The translations under genes were made by a program, and so were the position numbers. A stretch of 64,000 nucleotides of DNA from Fidelibacterota bacterium (GTDB lineage Bacteria; Fidelibacterota; Marinisomatia; Marinisomatales; JABMOV01). The stretch lies in the NCBI GenBank assembly GCA_046861395.1, contig JBHHUC010000002.1:39762-103761 (forward strand). Direction: 5' to 3'. This document shows positions 8,523 to 19,482 of the stretch, piece by piece; position 1 is the stretch's first letter, and each line of letters starts with the position of its first letter. The notes beneath the pieces are model-generated. The model did no database searches, was not told where the DNA came from, and saw nothing but the letters and a program-made list of their open reading frames with translations.

Positions 8523-9905
8523 ATGCGATTGCTGAATCGATATATCCTGAAGGAAATGTTTCCGCCCTTTTTTTTCTCCTTGCTGATCATTACCTTCATC
8601 TTGTTCACAAACTTTCTCCTGCGGGCCATTGACCGTTTCCTGGGTAAGGGTTTGACCATCGGTGTCATCCTCGAATACCTATTCCTCAATCTGGCCTGGA
8701 TCATTGCCCTGTCGGTTCCCATGGCCGTCCTGATTGCCGCTCTCATGACCTTTGGCCGGTTGTCAGAAGATAATGAAATCACCGCCATGCGTTCTTCCGG
8801 CATCAGTTTTCTTATCATCATCCGCCCGGCTCTGCTTTTCGGCCTCATTATTGCTCTATCACTGACGTATTTCAATAATTTCATCCTGCCGGAGATGAAT
8901 TTTCGGGCCCGCATATTATCGGGAGACATTTATCGCAAACGCCCCGGCCTTAATATCAATCCCGGCCATTTTATAGACGATTTACCGGACTACGGCATGA
9001 TCATCCAGGGCAAGACCGGCGACGTCATGGAACGGGTGTTTATCAGCAGTAAAAATAATCGCGATACCAAAACCAATATCATTGCCAATACGGCCACCCT
9101 TCATACCATTGATGACGCCTTGGTGCTGACACTTTACGACGGTGAAATCCAGGAAATAAAAAATGATGATTACGGTTCTCTACGCCGGATCGGGTTCGAG
9201 AAAAATGTCATTATCTTGCCTGCCGACGATCTGGTGCTGAATCGCCGGGACACCTCCAATCGGTCGGATCGTGAAATGACTATTCCCATGATGCTGGATA
9301 AACTGGAACGGTATGATAAACGGATCAGTACCGTTCATCGCCGTATTGCTAACAGCTTCAAACGGACCGTCAAGGACAGTATTGTCCCCGCCACCGTCCA
9401 ACTAGCCCAGGTGGAAGTACAGAAATACCGTCTGCTGCTGGAATCAGATACCAGTCGAACGGAAACACAGAAAAAGGTACGGGAGCGACGACTGAAGGCC
9501 CTGGAGCGACAAATGAATAATGAATACAAGCTACTGGCCAGTTATCACAAGAATCGAAATAAATATGAAGTAGAAATCCACAAAAAGTTTTCCCTGCCGG
9601 TGGCTTGTATCCTCTTTATTCTGGTAGGGTCACCGCTCGGCGTCCTGGCCAAAAAAGGCGGATTTGTAGTCGGGGTCAGCTTGTCCTTCGGCTTTTTCCT
9701 GGTATACTATATCCTTTTAATCGCCGGGGAGGAAATGGCCGACCGGTCCCTTGTCAGTCCCACGGTGGGTATGTGGGCACCTAATGTTGTCCTCGGTACC
9801 ATCGGACTTTATCTCACACTGCGGACGGTCCGGGAGCGGGAACCATTTGATATTGTTTTACCAGCCTGGTTGCAAAAACAAAAACGTGTTCCGGATCAGA
9901 GTTAA
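8523..9905 (+). CDS. LptF/LptG (YjgP/YjgQ) family LPS export permease
   Basis: RYILKE..PF, LSVPMAVL..LMTFGRLSEDNEITAMRSSGIS, EIHKKFSLPVAC, WAPN motifs. Confidence 0.92.
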   Translation: MRLLNRYILKEMFPPFFFSLLIITFILFTNFLLRAIDRFLGKGLTIGVILEYLFLNLAWIIALSVPMAVLIAALMTFGRLSEDNEITAMRSSGISFLIIIRPALLFGLIIALSLTYFNNFILPEMNFRARILSGDIYRKRPGLNINPGHFIDDLPDYGMIIQGKTGDVMERVFISSKNNRDTKTNIIANTATLHTIDDALVLTLYDGEIQEIKNDDYGSLRRIGFEKNVIILPADDLVLNRRDTSNRSDREMTIPMMLDKLERYDKRISTVHRRIANSFKRTVKDSIVPATVQLAQVEVQKYRLLLESDTSRTETQKKVRERRLKALERQMNNEYKLLASYHKNRNKYEVEIHKKFSLPVACILFILVGSPLGVLAKKGGFVVGVSLSFGFFLVYYILLIAGEEMADRSLVSPTVGMWAPNVVLGTIGLYLTLRTVREREPFDIVLPAWLQKQKRVPDQS

Positions 9906-9953
9906 TTCCTAATTTTTAACAGATATTTTCATCATAACATTGGGATTCATTCC

Positions 9954-11249
9954 ATGATTCCAGCGGAATTAATTAAACGAAAACGTGACCGTCAGTCTCT
10001 GTCCCACACGGAATTAAAGCAATTCATTGCCGGATACGTTTCGGGCTCCATTCCCGATTACCAAATGGCCAGTCTGCTCATGGCAGTCTATTTCAATGGG
10101 ATGGAAATCCATGAGATTCATTCCCTGGTGGATGTCATGATTGCTTCCGGAAAGCGGATGGACTTTTCTCACCTGGAGCAATTCGTGGCCGATAAGCACA
10201 GTACAGGCGGTGTCGGGGATACGGTCTCGCTGGTGCTGGGACCCCTGATGGCTGCCGCCGGTCTGGCCATTCCTATGCTCAGCGGACGCAGCCTGGGTCA
10301 CACCGGAGGAACACTGGATAAGCTGGAAAGCATTCCCGGCCTGTCGGTAAACTTGTCCCTGGCGGAATTTCGCCGCATCGTGGAAGATGTGGGAATCTGC
10401 ATGATCGGTCAGACCGGTGATATCTGTCCCGCCGATAAAAAAATGTATGCGCTGCGTGATGTGACGGGTACGGTGGAATCCATCCCCCTCATTTGCGGCT
10501 CCATCCTCAGTAAAAAAATTGCCGAAGGAATCCAGGGGTTAGTCATGGATGTGAAATTCGGCGCAGGAGCCTTCATGCGGGAGACGGACCGGGCTTGCGC
10601 TCTGGGGCAAATACTCCATGATGTAGGCGAACATTTCGGTGTAAAGACTGATATTCTATATACCAGCATGAACCAGCCCCTGGGACGCTACGCCGGCATC
10701 TGGTGTGAAGTCCGGGAAGCGCTGGATTGCCTCAACGGTCAGGGGCCAGCTGACACGATGGAAGTCACCTATGCCCTGGGAACAGCCATGCTCCGGCAGG
10801 CTCATCCCCACCTTTCACGACCCGAGGCCCGGGAACGGCTAGAAGCCCTGATTCAGTCCGGAGCGGCCCGGGATACTTTTTACCGCATGGTCACGGCTCA
10901 AGGCGGAGACATATCAGCCTTCGAACATCCAGACCAAATTCACCGACCCCAATATGAGCAAACCGTCCCGGCACCGTCCGCCGGTATTATTCAGGCCATG
11001 GATACCTATCACATCGGACTGGCCACAGTGGAACTTGGCAGTGGACGAAAGCGTACTGACGATGTTGTCGATCCTACATCCGGGATTGAATTCCTGGCAA
11101 AAATCGGTGATCGCGTCGAGGCCGGGGAAAGTGTTTTCCGTTTTTTCAGTGCCGACGAATCCCGGTGTCGGCAGGCGGCGGATACTCTAGGCGGGACCGT
11201 GACCATCGGATCGTCTCCCGCAGAACATCAACTGATTATGCAATCATGA
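9954..11249 (+). CDS. pdp: Thymidine/pyrimidine-nucleoside phosphorylase
   Basis: DKHSTGGVGD, SGRSLGHTGGTLDKLESIPG, PADKKMYALRDVT, SILSKK. Confidence 0.95.
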   Translation: MIPAELIKRKRDRQSLSHTELKQFIAGYVSGSIPDYQMASLLMAVYFNGMEIHEIHSLVDVMIASGKRMDFSHLEQFVADKHSTGGVGDTVSLVLGPLMAAAGLAIPMLSGRSLGHTGGTLDKLESIPGLSVNLSLAEFRRIVEDVGICMIGQTGDICPADKKMYALRDVTGTVESIPLICGSILSKKIAEGIQGLVMDVKFGAGAFMRETDRACALGQILHDVGEHFGVKTDILYTSMNQPLGRYAGIWCEVREALDCLNGQGPADTMEVTYALGTAMLRQAHPHLSRPEARERLEALIQSGAARDTFYRMVTAQGGDISAFEHPDQIHRPQYEQTVPAPSAGIIQAMDTYHIGLATVELGSGRKRTDDVVDPTSGIEFLAKIGDRVEAGESVFRFFSADESRCRQAADTLGGTVTIGSSPAEHQLIMQS

Positions 11250-11260
11250 AGGAGGGATTT

Positions 11261-12028
11261 ATGGATAGTATGTACCGTAAACTGTGTTCGACGGATCCCG
11301 CCATCGTGGCGGAAGGCCTGGGGGAAATTGATGCTGCATTACCCACTTTGGAAGATGATCAGATCCCCCTGGTGGTCGACGCCCTTACTTCCCTGTTCTA
11401 TATAGATACCTTTGATGTGCCAGACCTGGCTTCTATTGTGGAAGAAGCCCAGCAGATTGTCGCAAAATTAGGTCCGCAGGTCATTCCGCACCTGCTGGAA
11501 AAAGTCCGGAATTCGGACATCAAGGCGGAGCTGGCCCTGGCTCGAACCTGCGGCCTCATGGGAGAGAAAGCGATCGATCCCCTGCTGGATGTCATCCGGG
11601 AAAAGGAAAACATCACTGATATGTCCTTTGCCCTCTATGCCTTTGGCAAAATCAAATCGCCAAAGATTGTGAAAACCATCCCCCATCTCATCGCCGCTGT
11701 GAAAAGTCCGGCACGGGAAACCGAGGATACCGCGGTACGGGCGCTGGGAAAAGTGCTGGAATCCACTCCTCGCGATGGACTTTCAGCGGAACAGATTCAG
11801 GAAATCGTTGATATTTTTATGGCCAAGAGTCATCACAGCAATGAAGTGATTCGCTCCAAGGCTATTCGGGGATTGGGGAAAATGCTGCAATTCGGATTTC
11901 TCGATGAACCGGAAAAAGTGGCAGTCATGAATCGCCTGCGGGAAATTGTGGGTCTGGATGACCCGGAGCGCTGGGATTCTTCCTACCTGGTGCGCCGCGA
12001 AGCACAGCAGATTCTGGACAATCGTTAA
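11261..12028 (+). CDS. HEAT-repeat protein of unknown function
   Basis: Repeated units ALYAFGKI, AVRALGKV, AIRGLGKM, LVRREA; ATG 11261 follows GGAGG. Confidence 0.75.
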   Translation: MDSMYRKLCSTDPAIVAEGLGEIDAALPTLEDDQIPLVVDALTSLFYIDTFDVPDLASIVEEAQQIVAKLGPQVIPHLLEKVRNSDIKAELALARTCGLMGEKAIDPLLDVIREKENITDMSFALYAFGKIKSPKIVKTIPHLIAAVKSPARETEDTAVRALGKVLESTPRDGLSAEQIQEIVDIFMAKSHHSNEVIRSKAIRGLGKMLQFGFLDEPEKVAVMNRLREIVGLDDPERWDSSYLVRREAQQILDNR

Positions 12029-14157
12029 TACGTTTTATGAATTTTACAGCGCCGGGTCGGTTCGGTGCCGCGAATGAATATTTCCGTCTCTGTGGGACAG
12101 GCCGGTGTGGGTAGGTCTTTGGTAACGGAACAGATTTCCACATCAATCACACCTTCGGGCCGAATGAAATCTTCCACGGCATAGTGCAGCGAATCATGAC
12201 CATCCCGCATGAACCGAGCCCAGGCCGGTAACGCGGCTACCGTTCCCGACTGACCTTTCCCGAGGGAAATACCGTACTGGTCGACACCATACCAGACTCC
12301 GGCGGCAATCTGAGGTGTATAACCAACAAACCAGGCGTCGCTGTAGCCCTGAGTTGTTCCCGTCTTCCCGGCAGCCGGCCGGTAAAAATGATACATCCAG
12401 CGAGCCCGCCCCCCGGTGCCGGCATCCACTACAGTCTGCAGTAAATTGGTCATGACATAGGCCGTTTCGGCGCTCAGAACTTCCTCCTGTTCAGGAAAAT
12501 ATTCCTTGATCACGTTCCCGTAGCGGTCTTCGATCCGGGCAATACCGAACGGTTTAGAATAGACACCCTGATTGGCATAGGTGGCATAGGCGGCCACCAT
12601 TTCTAGAGGATAGACTTCGGACGTTCCCAGCGCAATGGCGTCTACAGCCCGAATATTGGTTGTAATCCCCATGCGAATGGCCATTTTCTTCACTTCCGTT
12701 GCCGGGACCAACTCCTGAATCAGACGAACCGCAATCAGATTCAGTGACATCCGTATCCCTTCTCGGAGGGTCGTCAGACCTCCGGTGGAACCGTCATAAT
12801 TCTGGGGCATCCATTTTTCGTATTCGCCATTGGCATTCATGACATTCAGGACTACGGGCAGATTCAGCAACTGTTTGGTCACCGGATATCCGTTTTCTAT
12901 CGCCGTAGTGTACACGAAGGGCTTGAATACGGAACCCGGTTGGCGTTTGGCCTGAACGGCCCGGTTATATTGATCGGGATAATCGGGACGGCCTCCCACC
13001 ATGGCCAGGATGGCTCCCGACTTGGGATCCAGGGCCACAAAAGCGGTCTGAACCAGTAATTTATTTCTCAATTCCTTATATAGCGGAAACTTCCCCTCCA
13101 TCATCATTTTCACCGAATCTTCGGGATAGATGCCCAGATAGGCCAGCTGTTCGAATTCCTCCCGGTTGGCAAACAGGCGTTTGTTCAACATCTTCTGATT
13201 GTCCCGCACCGTACGCATGACCATGTCTTCGGCAATGGCCTGCAAACGGGAATCGAGGGTCGTATATACCTTGAGTCCGTCACGATAAATATTAACGCCC
13301 AGGGCATCATCTTCATTTTCCAGAATGCGGCGGATATATTCGGTGAAATACGGTGCTTTTCCTTTCAGCGGCTCATAAATCACGGATTCCAGCCCCCGGG
13401 CCCGGGCCGCCTTGTATTCCTCATCGGTGCAATATCCCTGTTCATGCACCAGACGCAGAACCGTATTCCGACGCCGCAATGCCCGTTCGGGATGGTTGAT
13501 GGGCGAATAAATGGCCGGTCCCGGTAATACACCCACCAGAATGGCGGCTTCATCCAGCGTGAGGTCGCGGGCATCTTTCCCGAAAAAGCGTTTGGCCGCA
13601 GCCTGTACCCCGTAGGTCCCGTGACCGAAATGAACGGTATTCAGATACATTTCCAGGATTTCATCCTTGGTATAGGTCCGTTCGATCTGAATGGCCGTGA
13701 TAATTTCTTTTATCTTGCGGGTCAGGTTTTCCTCAAAACCAATGGACTTGTACAGATTCCGCGCTAGTTGCTGGGTCAGGGTACTGAATCCCTGACGATA
13801 ACTCAGGGACAGGGAATTGACGACTATGGCACGGGCCACACTGAACAGGTCGATGCCCCAATGATTCCGGAAACGGCGGTCTTCCGAGGCCAGGATGGCA
13901 TTCTGCATATGTTGGGGAATGTCTTTCAATTCCACAAATACCCGTTTCTGCAGGAATAATTCATGCAGGACCACTCCGTCGGCTGAATAAATCCTCGTTA
14001 CCAGATCGGGGTCAAAATTTTCCAGTTGTTCAATGGAGGGTAAATCCCGGGACAGGTATAACATATAGGCCAGGATTAGCAGTCCGCCGGCGCCCAGCAA
14101 AATCATGGAACGCCAGACGATGCGGTATAGCGGTGGACTTTTTTTATCTTTTGCCAT
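12025..14157 (-). CDS. Class A penicillin-binding protein (PBP1A family)
   Basis: Transglycosylase EDRRF..HWG, GFSTLTQQLARN, RKIKE; transpeptidase QPGSVFKP, SLN, KTGT. Confidence 0.95.
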   Translation of the reverse strand: MAKDKKSPPLYRIVWRSMILLGAGGLLILAYMLYLSRDLPSIEQLENFDPDLVTRIYSADGVVLHELFLQKRVFVELKDIPQHMQNAILASEDRRFRNHWGIDLFSVARAIVVNSLSLSYRQGFSTLTQQLARNLYKSIGFEENLTRKIKEIITAIQIERTYTKDEILEMYLNTVHFGHGTYGVQAAAKRFFGKDARDLTLDEAAILVGVLPGPAIYSPINHPERALRRRNTVLRLVHEQGYCTDEEYKAARARGLESVIYEPLKGKAPYFTEYIRRILENEDDALGVNIYRDGLKVYTTLDSRLQAIAEDMVMRTVRDNQKMLNKRLFANREEFEQLAYLGIYPEDSVKMMMEGKFPLYKELRNKLLVQTAFVALDPKSGAILAMVGGRPDYPDQYNRAVQAKRQPGSVFKPFVYTTAIENGYPVTKQLLNLPVVLNVMNANGEYEKWMPQNYDGSTGGLTTLREGIRMSLNLIAVRLIQELVPATEVKKMAIRMGITTNIRAVDAIALGTSEVYPLEMVAAYATYANQGVYSKPFGIARIEDRYGNVIKEYFPEQEEVLSAETAYVMTNLLQTVVDAGTGGRARWMYHFYRPAAGKTGTTQGYSDAWFVGYTPQIAAGVWYGVDQYGISLGKGQSGTVAALPAWARFMRDGHDSLHYAVEDFIRPEGVIDVEICSVTKDLPTPACPTETEIFIRGTEPTRRCKIHKTY

Positions 14158-14268
14158 GATTCAGTCTATGTCACGTTTCCCGGATAGCTGACTGGTTCTA
14201 CAATCCCAGCGGGGTACCGGTTCCATCAAACGGCAAGAAGGAAACGAAATGAATATATCAGACGACGG

Positions 14269-14850
14269 TCAATGGTTATGAATCAACTCCCTGGCAATTT
14301 CTTCCGATGCCTTTCTGATATTGGCATGGAGCGATTGCCCGTGTGAATCCATGGTGACTACCGCCCGGAAATCCCGGACCTCAATGACCCACATGGCTTC
14401 CGGCACACCGAATTCTTCCAGTTTGAAGACACGGTGGACCTTCTTAACGCGTTGCGCCAGAATGGTGGCCGCACCACCAACGGCATGGAGATAGACGGCC
14501 CCGTTTTCTTTCAGTGCCTGAAGGGTTTTGTCCCCCATTCCGCCCTTGCCGATTACACCGCGGATCCCATATTCCCGGATGACATCCCCCTGGTAAGGTT
14601 CCTCCCGAATGGAGGTGGTCGGTCCCGATGCAATAAAAGAATATTGATCACCGTCTTTTTTTACCACCGGTCCGCAGTGATAAATAATGGAATCATTGAG
14701 ATAGGGACGAATTTCATCCGGCTTTTCCTTGATCATCCAGGTATGGGCCGTATCACGGCCGGTAATCATCATACCGTTAATGGACACTTCATCACCGACG
14801 TTCAGGGCACGGATTTCTGTTTCCGATACCGGCAGATTCAATTCAATCAT
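14269..14850 (-). CDS. Class I fumarate hydratase / tartrate dehydratase-type beta subunit
   Basis: TGRDTAH, YHCGP, GPTTSIRE, IGKGGM, PEAMW, MDSHG. Confidence 0.92.
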   Translation of the reverse strand: MIELNLPVSETEIRALNVGDEVSINGMMITGRDTAHTWMIKEKPDEIRPYLNDSIIYHCGPVVKKDGDQYSFIASGPTTSIREEPYQGDVIREYGIRGVIGKGGMGDKTLQALKENGAVYLHAVGGAATILAQRVKKVHRVFKLEEFGVPEAMWVIEVRDFRAVVTMDSHGQSLHANIRKASEEIARELIHNH

Positions 14851-15730
14851 AATGAACCTCCGTATTCGAAAGAGTTAAGGTATGGCGCCGGTCCGCCCAG
14901 CACATGTAAGCAATCGATACGAAAAAGGAAGCCGGCAAGCGGTGCAGCGTACCGATTTTTACCCCGAGAATGGTCGTTTTCCCGCCAAAGCCCATGGGAC
15001 CGATACCCATGGTATTCAAATCATCAAACAGTTTGGCCTCCAGTTCGCGCAGCTCAGAATTGGGATTCTCATCCGATAATAACCGGAACAGTTGCTTTTT
15101 GGCCTGAATCATTCCCGAGGCCCGGTCACCGCCGATTCCGATACCCAGCACGCCGGGCGCACAACCCAGTCCCTGAGCTTTATGGACGGCATCCACAATA
15201 CATTTATACACGCCCTGCAGATCACGTCCGGCTTTCAGCCGTGTATCGGGCAATTTATACTGGTCCGATACATTTTCACAGCCGCCTCCTTTCAGTGCCA
15301 GGCTGATTTTGAGAAACGGTTCATCCCATTCATCAAAATGAATAAAGGGTGCCATGAGGCCTGTGTTATCGCCCGAATTTTCTCCGGTAACCGGGTCAAC
15401 AGCGTTAGGCCGCAGATAATTCATTTTCGTCGCCTGCCGAGTAGCGTCAATGATGGCATGTTCCACAAATCGCATTGACAGTCCTTCCGGGATATTCACA
15501 AAATAGATGTTCGTTCCCGTATCCTGGCAAATGGGCGTGCTGCCCTTCTCAGCTTCCAGGGCATTATCCAGCATAAAGCGCAATACCGATTTGGCCGGAC
15601 TACCATCGTCCTCCCTGGCAATGCCCGCTTCCATCGCTGCCACAACGTCCCGGGGGAGTTGGGTGGATGTCATCCGGATCAATTCCAGAATGGCCTCGGT
15701 TAATTTACCTTGGTCAAATGCAGTGTTCAT
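14843..15730 (-). CDS. Class I fumarate hydratase alpha subunit (Fe-S)
   Basis: PICQDTG, LRPNAV, KGGGCEN, GIGPMGFGG, CWADRR. Confidence 0.92.
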   Translation of the reverse strand: MNTAFDQGKLTEAILELIRMTSTQLPRDVVAAMEAGIAREDDGSPAKSVLRFMLDNALEAEKGSTPICQDTGTNIYFVNIPEGLSMRFVEHAIIDATRQATKMNYLRPNAVDPVTGENSGDNTGLMAPFIHFDEWDEPFLKISLALKGGGCENVSDQYKLPDTRLKAGRDLQGVYKCIVDAVHKAQGLGCAPGVLGIGIGGDRASGMIQAKKQLFRLLSDENPNSELRELEAKLFDDLNTMGIGPMGFGGKTTILGVKIGTLHRLPASFFVSIAYMCWADRRHTLTLSNTEVHYD

Positions 15731-15745
15731 GCCCCCTCCTTTCCT

Positions 15746-16756
15746 TTAGTCCACGGTCCAGGTATCACCGGAATTCATTAATTCCTGTACCGTCATGGAA
15801 CTCTTTTCCCTGGCATGGGCAATCTGTTCCATGTGCATGTCTTCATAGACCGGAGCCTCAACAGCATACAGCACCCCAACAGGCGTGGGGAAATTGGGAC
15901 GGTAGGTCAAATGACTCAAAATGGACGCAATCACAAAATCCGTCTCATCGTGAACCAGGACATCATCCACCGACCATTTACCGTCATCCAGATTAATAAT
16001 CCGTGGTGTGTTGCCATCCAGATGAATCCCCTTCCTGTTGCCGGGTCCGAAAAGCAGAGGTTGTCCGTGTTCCACATAAAGCACGTGATCCTGTTTCGTC
16101 TGCTTATCCGTCAGCGGCGCAAAGGCCTTATCATTGAAAATGACACAATTCTGGTACACTTCCAGGAAGGAAGTCCCGTGGTGGGCATAACTGCGTTTAA
16201 TCATGGCCTGCATGTGTTTGATGTCGCGGTCCAGGGTCCGGGCCACAAAACTGGAATCGGCACCCAGGACCAGCATGGCCGGATTAAAGGGCCGGTCGAT
16301 GGATCCCATCGGCGTGGATTTGGTCACCTTGCCCAGTTCCGAGGTAGGCGAATATTGCCCTTTGGTCAAACCATAGATGCGGTTATTGAACAGGATGACA
16401 TTCAAGTCCAGATTACGCCGCATGAGATGAATGGTATGGTTGCCGCCAATGGATAGACCGTCTCCGTCGCCCGTGACGACCCAGACGGACAGATCGGGAT
16501 TTGCCAGTTTAACACCACTGGCAATGGCCGCCGCCCGTCCATGAATAGTATGGAAACCATAGGTATTCATATAATAGGGGAAACGACTGGAACAACCGAT
16601 TCCGGAAATGAAAACGAATTTCTCCTTTTCCAAACCCAGGTCGGGAAAAACCTTCTGCGTTTGGGCCAGGATGGCATAATCTCCGCAACCGGGGCACCAT
16701 TTAACCGCTTGATCAGAAGCGAAATCAGCCCGGCTCAGACTCTGTGTTGTACTCAT
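15746..16756 (-). CDS. 2-oxoacid:ferredoxin oxidoreductase beta subunit
   Basis: WCPGCGD, SGIGCSSR, HTIHGRA, GDGD..IGGNH, NNRIYGLTKGQYSPT. Confidence 0.95.
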   Translation of the reverse strand: MSTTQSLSRADFASDQAVKWCPGCGDYAILAQTQKVFPDLGLEKEKFVFISGIGCSSRFPYYMNTYGFHTIHGRAAAIASGVKLANPDLSVWVVTGDGDGLSIGGNHTIHLMRRNLDLNVILFNNRIYGLTKGQYSPTSELGKVTKSTPMGSIDRPFNPAMLVLGADSSFVARTLDRDIKHMQAMIKRSYAHHGTSFLEVYQNCVIFNDKAFAPLTDKQTKQDHVLYVEHGQPLLFGPGNRKGIHLDGNTPRIINLDDGKWSVDDVLVHDETDFVIASILSHLTYRPNFPTPVGVLYAVEAPVYEDMHMEQIAHAREKSSMTVQELMNSGDTWTVD

Positions 16757-16758
16757 GA

Positions 16759-18618
16759 TTAATTTCCTAACAATGCATTTATTTTGGCCATGATATCACT
16801 GGCCCGGATTGGACGTCCCCGAACGATATTCAATCCGATGGCATCCACCAGATATTCCGCCCGGATGATGGTCCGTAATTGTCCTGTATTGATCTCGGGA
16901 ATCAGAATGGTCTCGAAGCGGGATAGAATATCTCCCAGATCGGCCGGCAGGGGGTTGACCCAGCGCAAATGGACATGGCTCACAACCATGCCTTCCCGTT
17001 TCAGCCGTTCCGTGGCGGACCGGGCCGAACCATAGGTACTCCCCCAGGTCACGATGAGCAGTTTCCCCTTATCAGGACCATAAATCGGTGTCGGATCGAA
17101 TTCACGGGTAATGCCCGCGACTTTCTGGGCCCGTTTGGTCACCATTTCATGGTGGTTGTCCGGTTCATAATTCACATCGCCGGTGGGATCGGATTTTTCC
17201 AGTCCGCCAATGCGATGTTCCAGTCCCGGCGTTCCGGGGATGGCCCAATTCCGTGCCAGTGTTACCGGATCGCGGCGGTAAGGCATGAATTTACTGTCGC
17301 CTTCCTGTTTCTCCGTTTCGAACTGCAACGGAATATCGGGCAGGTCCTTGAGTGTGGGAATGGCCCAGGGTTCAGATCCGTTGCCCAGATAGCCATCGGT
17401 AAGCAAAATGACCGGTGTCATGTATTTTACGGCAATCCGGGCCGCCTCATAGGCCGCATAGAAACAATCGCCGGGCGTGGAGGCCGCAATAACCGGAATC
17501 GGCGCTTCGCCGTTACGACCGTAAACAGCCTGGAATAAATCGGCCTGTTCCGTTTTCGTAGGCAAACCGGTGCTGGGTCCTCCCCGTTGTACGTTAACAA
17601 TCACAATGGGCAGTTCCGCCATGACGGCCAGACCCAGTGCTTCCGTTTTCAGGGCGACACCCGGACCCGATGTAGCCGTACAGGCCAGATTGCCGGCAAA
17701 GGAGGCCCCGATAGCGGCCGCAACGCCCGCAATTTCATCCTCAGCCTGGAAGGTACGAATATTCAAATGTTTCCAGGCCGCCAGAGTATGGAGAACATCG
17801 GAAGCCGGTGTAATGGGATAGCCACCGTAGAACAAAGGACGTCCGGCTCTTTCGGCCGCCGCCGCCAGTCCCAGCGCCGTGGCATAATTCCCATTCATAT
17901 TCCGGTAGGTTCCCGGGGGCAGTGATGCTTTTGCCACCTGGTAACGGGTAGTGAAAACTTCCGTGGTGCTGCCGTAGTTCCGTCCTGTTTCCAGGGCCCG
18001 GATATTGGCTTCGGCAATCAACGGTTTCTTGGCAAACTTCTTTTTCAGCCACGTCTTGGTATTCTCCAGGGGACGATTGTACATCCATAGGAGAAAACCC
18101 AGCGCCAACATATTTTTCGTCCGCTCCACATCCTTGGCATTGAGATCAATATCCTCACAGGCCAGTCGCACCAGTTTACTCATTTCAATGGAATAAAGGG
18201 TATAATTCTGGTTGAGGGACGGATCTTCCAGAGGATTAGTATCATACCCGGCCAGAGCCAGATTCTTGGGTACAAAGGCATTGGCGTTTACAATGATGAT
18301 TCCCCCGGGAATTACTTCCGGCAAATGCGCCTTCAAGGCGGCCGGATTCATGGCAACCAGTACATCCGGCTGATCACCGGGTGTGTGGATATCCCGTGAA
18401 CTGAACCGGATCTGAAAGGCACTGACACCTGCCAGAGAGCCGGCGGGAGCGCGGATTTCCGCCGGATAATCCGGTAAGGTGCTCAAATCATTCCCAACAA
18501 TCGCCGTATTGGCTGTAAAACGACTGCCGGTCAATTGCATTCCGTCACCCGAGTCACCGGCGAAACGAATTACAACTTCTTCAACGTGTTTGATTTCTAC
18601 TGAATGTTCTGTCATCAT
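16759..18618 (-). CDS. 2-oxoacid:acceptor oxidoreductase alpha subunit (gamma-alpha fusion)
   Basis: RFAGDSGDGMQLTG, YPAEIRAP, YPITPAS, QAEDEIA, QRGGPSTGLPTK. Confidence 0.95.
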   Translation of the reverse strand: MMTEHSVEIKHVEEVVIRFAGDSGDGMQLTGSRFTANTAIVGNDLSTLPDYPAEIRAPAGSLAGVSAFQIRFSSRDIHTPGDQPDVLVAMNPAALKAHLPEVIPGGIIIVNANAFVPKNLALAGYDTNPLEDPSLNQNYTLYSIEMSKLVRLACEDIDLNAKDVERTKNMLALGFLLWMYNRPLENTKTWLKKKFAKKPLIAEANIRALETGRNYGSTTEVFTTRYQVAKASLPPGTYRNMNGNYATALGLAAAAERAGRPLFYGGYPITPASDVLHTLAAWKHLNIRTFQAEDEIAGVAAAIGASFAGNLACTATSGPGVALKTEALGLAVMAELPIVIVNVQRGGPSTGLPTKTEQADLFQAVYGRNGEAPIPVIAASTPGDCFYAAYEAARIAVKYMTPVILLTDGYLGNGSEPWAIPTLKDLPDIPLQFETEKQEGDSKFMPYRRDPVTLARNWAIPGTPGLEHRIGGLEKSDPTGDVNYEPDNHHEMVTKRAQKVAGITREFDPTPIYGPDKGKLLIVTWGSTYGSARSATERLKREGMVVSHVHLRWVNPLPADLGDILSRFETILIPEINTGQLRTIIRAEYLVDAIGLNIVRGRPIRASDIMAKINALLGN

Positions 18619-18765
18619 AGTCCTTTTTGTATAACATAATGGCGATACCCATGCTTACTGTAGCCGGGTCAATCTTTAGGGTGGCCGGAATTATGTAATT
18701 CATCCTGATAAATTGACAAGAAATTTAGACAGTCGGTATTTTATTATGCAATCGACCATTCCGGT

Positions 18766-19482
18766 TTATGTCGGATAAATCACATCCGGGGGCAACCAGC
18801 GCCGGCTCAAATAAATGAACGGTGTATCAATGGCGGCGACGAGAATTTTCAACAGGTAGGTTGTGAGTGCGATTTGCCAGATTACGGAAACTGGCAGAGC
18901 CGCGGCCGGCCCCAAAAACAAGCGGGGAAACAGGTAAAATCCCAACACACAGAAAATGACCGTATCCAAAAACTGGCTGACCCAAGTGCTAAGATTGTTC
19001 CGTAACCAGAGATATTTCCCGTCGAATTTCCGTTTCCAACGTTCGAAGGCCCAGACATCATGGATCTGGGAAATGAGATAAGCACTTAAACTGGCAAAAA
19101 TGATACTGGGAGCAAAACTGAAGATCGTCGCCATCCCTTCCGCCGGACCCCAGTCATTGCTGCTGGCTTCATAATAGACCATGAATTGACTCATGATCAA
19201 ATAGACCAGAACGGCGGCAAAACCGATATAGACCCCCTTTCGGGCGGCGGCTTTCCCGTAATATTCTGACAATAAATCCGTGCTCAGAAAGATAGCGCCG
19301 TAAAGAACATTCCCACCGGTGGCTTCCAGCCCGAAAAGAACAATTGTTTTGGTTACAAAAATATTGGCCAGAGCATAGTACAGAGCGATCAGGGCATAGA
19401 GCCAGGTTTTTCCCGCGCGAAAAGCAATCAAGACAATAATCAGACTGATTATAGTCTGACTGATAAATAGGATTTCATTCAT
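18766..19482 (-). CDS. Queuosine-precursor transporter (YhhQ/VUT family)
   Basis: ANIFVTK, FLSTDLLSEYYG, ASLSAYLISQIHDV, LWLRNNLSTWVSQFLDTVIF, AAIDTPF. Confidence 0.88.
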   Translation of the reverse strand: MNEILFISQTIISLIIVLIAFRAGKTWLYALIALYYALANIFVTKTIVLFGLEATGGNVLYGAIFLSTDLLSEYYGKAAARKGVYIGFAAVLVYLIMSQFMVYYEASSNDWGPAEGMATIFSFAPSIIFASLSAYLISQIHDVWAFERWKRKFDGKYLWLRNNLSTWVSQFLDTVIFCVLGFYLFPRLFLGPAAALPVSVIWQIALTTYLLKILVAAIDTPFIYLSRRWLPPDVIYPT

